This document shows positions 57,293 to 64,000 of a stretch of DNA of 64,000 bases, piece after piece. Source of the stretch: Nannocystis bainbridge (GTDB taxonomy: Bacteria > Myxococcota_A > Polyangia > Nannocystales > Nannocystaceae); the NCBI RefSeq assembly GCF_028368995.1, contig NZ_JAQNDL010000001.1:992001-1056000 (forward strand). The letters are read 5' to 3'. A program made the position numbers and the translations under genes. Below the pieces are notes generated by a model. It saw only the letters and a program-made list of their open reading frames with translations. It was not told the origin of the DNA and did no database searches. The stretch's first letter is position 1. Every line of letters starts with the position of its first letter.

Positions 57293-59128
57293 TCACAGCG
57301 CGAACGCGCCGCGGTCCCACGATCCCTGCGGCGGCCGCAGCTGCTGGGCGATGTCGGTGGTGACGAAGCCGTGGTCGGGCAGCCCGAACACGTTGACGCC
57401 GGTGCCCGCGCCCTGCCCGTCCGGCTTGAGGTGGAAATCACCGTTCGCGGCGTCGACGAACACCGAGGTCGGCGTGGCCGCGCCGCTCACGTCGTCGCCG
57501 GCGCTCATCAGCGGCGCCGGGAGGATCGCATTGTCGACGAAGCCGAAGCTGAGGTTGCCCTCGCTGCTGGTGATCTCGACCCCGACGTCGCCGGCGTGCA
57601 CCGCCGCCTGCCCGCCGCTGGTGCTGAGGAAGACGTTGTTGGTCAGCCGCCAGCGCATCGTCACCGCGGGGTCGCCGGAGCCGTGGATCGCCGCGCTGGC
57701 GCCGATCACCGTGTTGTTGGTCAGCGTCAACGCCATGTCGTCGTTGCCGCAGCTGTAGAAATCGATCGCGCTGCCGCCGGCGCTGGCCTTTTCGATCACA
57801 TTGTTGCGCATCACCAGCGACACCGGGTCGGCGCCGCACGAGCCGTAGCCGCCGACGACGTCGGTGGCGAAGCCGCCGCCCTCCTGGCAGATCCGGTTGG
57901 CGTCGAGCACGCCCTGGCCGGCGTGCAGGGCGTGGTTGCCGTATTCGACCGCGCTGACGACGAACGTCTGCGGCGCGTCGGAGCGGACGTAGATGTCGTT
58001 GCAGCGCAGCACCGAGACGCCGCCGGGGCACGCGCTGGCGATGATGCCGTAGAGGTTGAGGGTGTTCATGTCGCCGCCGGAGGTGGCGACGATCTCGACG
58101 TAGTTGCGCACCAGCGTGCCGGCGCCCACGAAGTGATGCGGGTAGCTCCACGCGTCGGCGTGCAGCGGGTTGGCGATCATGCGAAACCCGCCGAACACCG
58201 CGTTGTTGTGATCGAGGTTGAGCCGGCCGTAAAACATCGAAGGGTGCGCGTCGGGATCCCAGGTGGCGAACGCATCGTCGAAGCCGCCCTTGATCGTCAA
58301 CTCCTTGCCGACGTAGACCTCGGCCGAGGCGTAGTCGCCCTCGGCGACGCGCAGCGTGCTGCCGGGCGGGGCGGCGTCGACGGCGTGACACAGGGTCCGC
58401 CACGCGGTCTCGGGGGTGGTGCCGTCGCCCGCGTCGTCGCCGTTGGCGGCGCTGACGTGAAACACCGGGCCCGGCTCGGCGATCGGACACGGCAAGCCCT
58501 GGGCCGGCGGGAACTGCTGGCGGCAGCCGGACACGAGCGGCTGCGGAGCGGGGATCGCCAGCTCGAAGCAGGCGCCGCCGCCCCCGCTGCAGCTGCCCGG
58601 ACCGCACACACCCGGGCCGTCGGCGACGCCGTCGCAGTCGTTGTCGAGCCCGTCACACAGCTCGGGCCCGGGCGAGACGCACTCGATGCAGCCGACCCCG
58701 TCGACGCACAAGTGCCCGCACTCCTCCATCGACGGGACCTCGCCCTCGCAGACGATGGCGACGTTGCCGTCGCAGACGATGCCCTCGACGCACAGCTCGC
58801 CGGTGGTGCCGGTGGTCGTGCCGGTGGTCGTGGTCGTGTCCGTGGTCGTGTCCGTCGTCTCGTCGGTGGTCGAGGTCGAGACCTCGACGCCGGTGGTGCT
58901 TGACGGATCGGTGGTGCTGGTGGTGCCGGTCAGCGAGTCGGAGCCGCCGCTGTCGGTCGTCGTCGGCTCGAGGGACGTCGAGCCGGTGCTGCTGCCGGTG
59001 CTGCTGCCGGTGCTCGCGGAGGACGACTCGGAGGCGGTGCCTGCAGTTCCCGCAGATTCGTCGCTGCAGCCGGCGAGCAGCGCCGCGAGCGGCCATGCGA
59101 GGGTGCGAGCGGCGACGAGGATGCGCAT
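57293..59128 (-). CDS. Lipoprotein with Cys-rich metal-binding repeat and right-handed beta-helix (DUF1565/pectin-lyase-like)
   Basis: LLAGC lipobox; ELCDGLDNDCDG; HVSAANGDD..DGT....W.TL..AV; NNVI/NNTV/NNVF ladders; DFHL...DRGAF. Confidence 0.85.
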   Translation of the reverse strand: MRILVAARTLAWPLAALLAGCSDESAGTAGTASESSSASTGSSTGSSTGSTSLEPTTTDSGGSDSLTGTTSTTDPSSTTGVEVSTSTTDETTDTTTDTTTTTGTTTGTTGELCVEGIVCDGNVAIVCEGEVPSMEECGHLCVDGVGCIECVSPGPELCDGLDNDCDGVADGPGVCGPGSCSGGGGACFELAIPAPQPLVSGCRQQFPPAQGLPCPIAEPGPVFHVSAANGDDAGDGTTPETAWRTLCHAVDAAPPGSTLRVAEGDYASAEVYVGKELTIKGGFDDAFATWDPDAHPSMFYGRLNLDHNNAVFGGFRMIANPLHADAWSYPHHFVGAGTLVRNYVEIVATSGGDMNTLNLYGIIASACPGGVSVLRCNDIYVRSDAPQTFVVSAVEYGNHALHAGQGVLDANRICQEGGGFATDVVGGYGSCGADPVSLVMRNNVIEKASAGGSAIDFYSCGNDDMALTLTNNTVIGASAAIHGSGDPAVTMRWRLTNNVFLSTSGGQAAVHAGDVGVEITSSEGNLSFGFVDNAILPAPLMSAGDDVSGAATPTSVFVDAANGDFHLKPDGQGAGTGVNVFGLPDHGFVTTDIAQQLRPPQGSWDRGAFAL

Positions 59129-59393
59129 GCGACCGCGAGCCTACCGCGCCCGCCCGCCGCCAGCGCGTGCGCCGACACGAGGTCGAGCGACACCCTCGCA
59201 TCGAGGTCGTCGTTCATCCGCGCTCTCGATCCAGCGGCCGAGCGTAACCGACGCGAAGCCCCGGCGGTTCGTCGCGCCACCGCGACCTTCACGGCCCGCG
59301 CCGCGTCGGGACGAGTTCGATGTTCTGCTCGCTGCACGCGAGGGCGTCGCCGGCGCAGGCCTCTGTGGGCCTCTGGCCGGCGTTCCGCGAGCC

Positions 59394-59423
59394 TTGACAG
59401 GACTTCATGAAGATGAAAAGTAT
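59394..59423 (+). promoter_or_regulatory. Possible sigma70 promoter/operator of the peroxiredoxin gene
   Basis: Perfect TTGACA at 59394-59399 in an AT-rich patch containing the palindrome CTTCATGAAG; -10 is weak. Confidence 0.4.
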
Positions 59424-59452
59424 TTCACCGCTCTGAACAAGGACGGCACTCC

Positions 59453-60094
59453 ATGACGCTTCGTCTCGGCGATACGGCCCCGAATTTCCAGGCAGACACC
59501 ACCCAAGGCCCCATCGACTTCTACCAGTGGAAGGGCGACAGCTGGGCGATCCTGTTCTCGCACCCCAAGGACTTCACGCCGGTCTGCACGACCGAGCTCG
59601 GATACACGGCCAAGCTGCGGCCCGAGTTCGAGAAGCGCGGGGTCAAGGTCCTCGGCCTGTCGGTCGACCCGGTCGAGTCGCACCATCGGTGGGAGAAGGA
59701 CATCGAGGAGACCCAGGGCACGGCCGTGAACTTCCCGGTGATCGGCGACGCGGACCGCAAGGTCAGCGAGCTCTACGGGCTCATCCACCCCAACGCCAGC
59801 GACACGCTGACGGTGCGCTCGGTGTACGTCATCGGGCCCGACAACAAGGTCAAGCTGTCGATCACGTACCCGGCCTCGACCGGCCGCAACTTCGACGAGA
59901 TCCTGCGCGTGATCGACTCGCTGCAGCTGACCTCCGAGCACAAGGTGGCGACGCCGGTGAACTGGCGCGACGGCGAGGACGTGATCATCGTGCCGTCGGT
60001 CAGCGACGACGAGGCCCGTCAGCGCTTCCCCGGCGGCTGGAACACGGTGAAGCCGTACCTGCGCCTGGTGCCCCAGCCGAAGTCGAAGGGCTGA
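59453..60094 (+). CDS. 1-Cys peroxiredoxin (Prx6 family)
   Basis: FSHPKDFTPVCTTE, YPASTGRNFDEILRVIDSLQL, ATPVNW. Confidence 0.96.
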   Translation: MTLRLGDTAPNFQADTTQGPIDFYQWKGDSWAILFSHPKDFTPVCTTELGYTAKLRPEFEKRGVKVLGLSVDPVESHHRWEKDIEETQGTAVNFPVIGDADRKVSELYGLIHPNASDTLTVRSVYVIGPDNKVKLSITYPASTGRNFDEILRVIDSLQLTSEHKVATPVNWRDGEDVIIVPSVSDDEARQRFPGGWNTVKPYLRLVPQPKSKG

Positions 60095-60260
60095 GCCCGC
60101 GAGCCCGCGCGCGCGGCTCGAACGCCCGCGCGCGGCCGTGACCGAGCCTGCGGGTGCTCGCACCCGATCTGTCCGAAAGGACAGGCCACACCGGCGCGTC
60201 GGCGACCGGGTGCGCGGACGCGACTGCGCCGCGGCGTCGCCTCGTGATAGCGTCGCGCGC

Positions 60261-61646
60261 ATGTCCTTCTTCGCTTGCTCGCTGGAACGCGCCGTCCTCG
60301 TCGCCGCGGTCCTGTCCCCGACCTTCGCCGCGGCCGCCGTGCCGATCGGCGAGCCGGTCGGCATGCTGACGAACCACGACGAGCGGGTCCTCGGCTTCAT
60401 GACCAACCGGATCCGCCGCGACCCGGCCGCTGCCGACGCCCTGCCGAGCATGGACGGCAAGACCCCGTCGGGGCGCCCGATCCCCCCGGCCTCGCCCCCG
60501 CTCGAGCTCGTCGCCGACCTCGCGCGCGCCGCCAACTTTCAAGCGACGCACATCGCCACCACCGAGTGTCCGCTGTGCGCCGACCACTCGACCTGCTGCG
60601 TGCTCGCCGGTATGGACGCAGACACCCACTGCGACGGCCCGGTGACCGTCTGCGGCGTCACCAGCATGGGCGAGCGCTTCAGCCACTTCTCCGACCGGGC
60701 CCACGCCGAGAACGGCTCGGAGGGCGGCGCCTCGGCCGAGCTGATCATGCTGGCGTGGATCGAGTCCGACGCTCATTGGGGCTCGATCAACGGCGCCAGC
60801 AGCACCGCGCTCGGCACCGGCTCGGCGCAGGGCTTCGGCAAGCCGGTGCGCCACCTGGTCTTCGGGACAGGTGGAACCTACCCGGTCGCCGGCGACGGCG
60901 TGCACTTCCGCGACATCATCCACGAGGGCGGCCCCGGGCCGAAGATGCAGCCGATGGAGACCCCGACCTTCGGCATCACCTACGCCCTGCCCGGCGGCGG
61001 TCCGCCCGAGGTCGCCCAGGTCGTGCACTACACCGACGGCGTCACGCCCGTGTGCGAGCCGCTGGCGCTGCGGTACGGTCAGCCCGATCTGGGCACCTAC
61101 GAGACCGTGCTCTCGCCTGGTCCCGGCTGTCACCGCTACTTCTTCCACATCGTCGACGGCCAGGGCGTCGAGCACCTCTACCCGACCACCGGCACGCTCG
61201 GCTTCCCGCTGCTCCCGCTCGGCGCCGACCCGGCCACCTGCCCCGATTTCGAGCCGATGCGCGCCGAGGCCCCGTGCGCCGGCACGGTCCCCCAGGACAC
61301 CACCGGCAGCGACACCACCGGCAGCGACGACAGCGGCGACGACAGCGGTGATCCCAGCGGTGATACCAGCGCGAGCAGCGACGCGAGCGCGACCAATCCC
61401 ACCGGTGACCCGACCAGCGAGGGCCCGACCAGCGCCGCGACCGGCGACGAGCCCACCACGGGCGCCTCGACCGGCGCCGCGACCTCGGCCAGCACGACCG
61501 ATCCGGCGACCGCGGGCGAGCCCGCGAGCGGCGACAGCGATGCGGGCTGCGGTTGCCGCACCGACGATCGCGCGCCCGGCCAGGGCATCGCGTTCACCTC
61601 GCTGCTCGTGCTCACCGGCTGGCTGCTCCGCCGCCGCCGCGCCTGA
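60261..61646 (+). CDS. CAP/SCP-like domain protein with MYXO-CTERM
   Basis: TNRIR...L..AA..Q/H...AEN...W..S..H pattern; tail GCGCRT...LLVLTGWLLRRRRA. Confidence 0.8.
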   Translation: MSFFACSLERAVLVAAVLSPTFAAAAVPIGEPVGMLTNHDERVLGFMTNRIRRDPAAADALPSMDGKTPSGRPIPPASPPLELVADLARAANFQATHIATTECPLCADHSTCCVLAGMDADTHCDGPVTVCGVTSMGERFSHFSDRAHAENGSEGGASAELIMLAWIESDAHWGSINGASSTALGTGSAQGFGKPVRHLVFGTGGTYPVAGDGVHFRDIIHEGGPGPKMQPMETPTFGITYALPGGGPPEVAQVVHYTDGVTPVCEPLALRYGQPDLGTYETVLSPGPGCHRYFFHIVDGQGVEHLYPTTGTLGFPLLPLGADPATCPDFEPMRAEAPCAGTVPQDTTGSDTTGSDDSGDDSGDPSGDTSASSDASATNPTGDPTSEGPTSAATGDEPTTGASTGAATSASTTDPATAGEPASGDSDAGCGCRTDDRAPGQGIAFTSLLVLTGWLLRRRRA

Positions 61647-61660
61647 GCCCACGTCCAAAC

Positions 61661-61690
61661 GTCGAGCTCGCCAGCGCAGGCGAGCTCGAC
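61661..61690. terminator. Stem-loop / REP-like element
   Basis: GTCGAGCTCGCC-agcgca-GGCGAGCTCGAC perfect 12-bp stem after the stop codon. Confidence 0.6.
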
Positions 61691-61751
61691 ACTGCGTCCC
61701 GAACCCCGACGCGCCCGCGCTTGCTAGACTCGGCCCAGGGAAGTCGCGCGC

Positions 61752-62681
61752 ATGACGATCGAGATCTTGCAGACCGGCCCGCTGCCCGAATCATGCGAGC
61801 GAGCGCTGGCCCAGCGCTTCACGCTGCACCAGCTGCACGCCCAGCCCGATGCGCGGGCGTGGCTCGCCGCTCACGGCCCGCGCATCCGCGCCCACGCCGG
61901 CGCGGGCGTGCAGGCGTCCCTGCTGGAGAGACTGCCCAACCTCGAGATCATCGCCGGCTTCGGCGTGGGCGTCGACAGTATCGACATTGTCGCCGCCAGG
62001 GCCCGCGACATTCGTGTCACCAACACGCCCGACGTCCTCGACGACGCGGTCGCCGAGCTGACCCTCGGCCTGATGATCGCCCTCGCGCGACGGATCCCCC
62101 AGGCCGATCGCCACGTGCGCGCCGGCCTGTGGCAGCGCGGCAATTTCGGCCTGTGCTCCGAGCTGACCGGCAAGACCGTCGGCATCCTCGGCCTCGGCAG
62201 GATCGGCAAGGAGATCGCCGCGCGCGCCCAGGCCATGAAGATGCGCGTCGTCTATCACGGCCGCCACCGCCAGCCGAGCGTGCCGTACATCTATTATGAC
62301 GTGCTCGAGGACATGGCCCGCGACAGCGAATGGCTGGTGGTCATCGCCCCGGGCGGCAAGGGCACCGAGCGGATCGTCTCTCGTCGGGTGCTGGAAGCGC
62401 TCGGCCCGAAGGGCATGCTCGTCAATGTCGCCCGCGGCTCGCTGGTCGACGAGCCGGCCATGATCGAGCTGCTGCAAAACGGCGGCCTCGGCGGCGCCGC
62501 GCTCGACGTGTTCGAGCACGAGCCGCAGGTCCCGGCGGCCCTGCTCGCCCTCGACAACGTCGTGCTCTCGCCGCATCAGGGCAGCGCCACCCGGCAGACG
62601 CGCGAGGCCATGGGCGCGCTGCTGGTCGCCAACCTCGAGCGGCATTTTGCAGGGGAGCCGCTGCTCACCGCGGTGGTGTGA
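61752..62681 (+). CDS. D-isomer-specific 2-hydroxyacid dehydrogenase (hydroxyphenylpyruvate/glyoxylate reductase-like)
   Basis: GVGVDSID, VTNTPDVL, GILGLGRIG, VNVARGS.VDE, ALDVFE.EP, SPHQGS. Confidence 0.95.
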   Translation: MTIEILQTGPLPESCERALAQRFTLHQLHAQPDARAWLAAHGPRIRAHAGAGVQASLLERLPNLEIIAGFGVGVDSIDIVAARARDIRVTNTPDVLDDAVAELTLGLMIALARRIPQADRHVRAGLWQRGNFGLCSELTGKTVGILGLGRIGKEIAARAQAMKMRVVYHGRHRQPSVPYIYYDVLEDMARDSEWLVVIAPGGKGTERIVSRRVLEALGPKGMLVNVARGSLVDEPAMIELLQNGGLGGAALDVFEHEPQVPAALLALDNVVLSPHQGSATRQTREAMGALLVANLERHFAGEPLLTAVV

Positions 62682-62736
62682 CCGGCTCGCGTTTGGCCCA
62701 GGGGCGCGGCGGCGGCCGAGGTGGTACGAATGGCCC

Positions 62737-63567
62737 ATGCGAATTTATTATGCGTGGATCTTTCTTGCAGCGGCCGCCTGCGGACCCAAGACCCCGAGCG
62801 GCGAGACCGACGGCGATGCTTCGACCGGCACCGTGACGACCGGTGACGCCGAGCCGACCACCACGACCTCCGCGAGCACGACGACCGAGGGCGACGAGAC
62901 GACCGGCGCGAGCGAGACCGGCGAGCCGCTGCCGATGTGTCCGGCGGCACAGACCCCCGAGGTGATGTTCGCCGTCGAGGGCTTCGGCGACGAATTTCAG
63001 GGTCACGTCCGGGCCTCGTGCACCGTCGAGGGCGGCTCGATCGGCGACGCGATGGATGCGGTCGAGCTGGCGTGCGACGTCGACGGCACCGAGGTCCAGG
63101 TCGCGGTGCGCTTCCTCAACGCTGTCGTGACGCTGCCCGCGGCTCTGCAGCAGCCCGAGGCCCCGGTGTCGCTGCGGTACGTCCGCGCCGACTACGAGTA
63201 CCGCGGCGAGTGGCTGGCGCTCGGCGATTTCCGCGACGTGTTGCTGCTCGGCCTGGCCGCCGGCAACAGCCCGCTGCCGTTCGTCGAGGGCGAGGGGCAG
63301 ATCCAGGACATGTTCGCGCCGGTCACCGTCGAGGCGCAGGGCGGCTTCTGTCCCAAGGGACAGGGGAGCTGCTTCGCTCTCGGCGAGCCGGCGGCGCTGC
63401 AATTCTCCAGCGGCGACGACATGACCGAGGTGCTGCCGCTGCAAGCGGGAGCGCTCGGTCCTTACGCGATCCAGGCCGGCGCCTCGTGGCTGTCCGACCC
63501 CGAGAGCGCGTACGAGTGCGACGGCCCGGGCGACGACTGGGCGGCCTTCGCCCTGGTGCGCCCGTGA
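62737..63567 (+). CDS. Hypothetical lipoprotein with Thr linker
   Basis: FLAAAAC lipobox; Cys-containing mature domain. Confidence 0.78.
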   Translation: MRIYYAWIFLAAAACGPKTPSGETDGDASTGTVTTGDAEPTTTTSASTTTEGDETTGASETGEPLPMCPAAQTPEVMFAVEGFGDEFQGHVRASCTVEGGSIGDAMDAVELACDVDGTEVQVAVRFLNAVVTLPAALQQPEAPVSLRYVRADYEYRGEWLALGDFRDVLLLGLAAGNSPLPFVEGEGQIQDMFAPVTVEAQGGFCPKGQGSCFALGEPAALQFSSGDDMTEVLPLQAGALGPYAIQAGASWLSDPESAYECDGPGDDWAAFALVRP

Positions 63568-64000
63568 GGCGGAGCGACACGATGCACAGGGCTCGAGCGA
63601 CGACCGCAGCGTTCGTCGACGACACCTGCACCGGCGATGCCCCGCGCTTCCCTCGCCGAACCGATCACCAGCCCGAGCGGATGTCCGGCTTGCTGGCCGA
63701 TCCCGTCCGCGGGCTCGAACACGGCATGAGCAAACACCCGATCCACGCGAACGCAGAGCCGGCCCGTCGCCTGCAGCGGAGGTCTCCCCGCGCACGACCC
63801 GCGCTCATGCGATGCCCGGCGCAGCGCAGCACCCTTCGCCTGCATGCGCTCGCTCGCCACGCACGAGCCTGCGCTAGGCGAGCTCGAGCTCGCCCGTAGG
63901 GAGGTCGCCGAGCTCGACGGACGAGCCGCCCGCAAACCGGGCGGAAACGGGCCGGAAGCGGCCTCAACGTCGCGTCGACGGGCTGCGCCCGGGCCCCCGA

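Noticed and set aside
63568-64000. ORFs at the right edge
   Set aside because: No convincing codon bias or motifs; treated as intergenic

Overview
This is a 64 kb, very GC-rich (roughly 70-73% by eye) chromosomal window from a myxobacterium, most likely Nannocystis-like. That assignment is an inference from MYXO-CTERM tails, many lipoproteins with Thr/Asp-rich linkers, ECF sigma/Ser-Thr kinase pairs and FG-GAP proteins. About 50 CDSs and one tRNA-Lys(CTT) are supported. They include a Rieske oxygenase, a dihaem cytochrome-like/DUF1501 operon, a Na+:solute symporter, a YfbK-type vWA protein, adenosine/adenine deaminase, a PLP decarboxylase, a fused EutB-EutC, DinB, two ECF-kinase pairs and a 1-Cys peroxiredoxin. 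No transposase, integrase, RT or CRISPR array is evident. The strongest unexplained signal is a highly iterated 14-bp palindrome, TGTCC-N4-GGACA, with an AT-rich centre. I count at least 14 perfect copies and many degenerate ones. It forms strictly phased head-to-tail arrays of 5-12 units (14-bp period, CA|TG junctions) between genes. It is also written into coding sequences through rare codons, and is nearly absent from about 47.8-60.1 kb. Other notable items: a duplication-flanked low-GC insertion that captured the C-terminus of its neighbour, pervasive leaderless-type promoters, and tandem Ig-like lipoproteins with Cys/Tyr-rich variable loops. All calls are by eye; no database searches were run.
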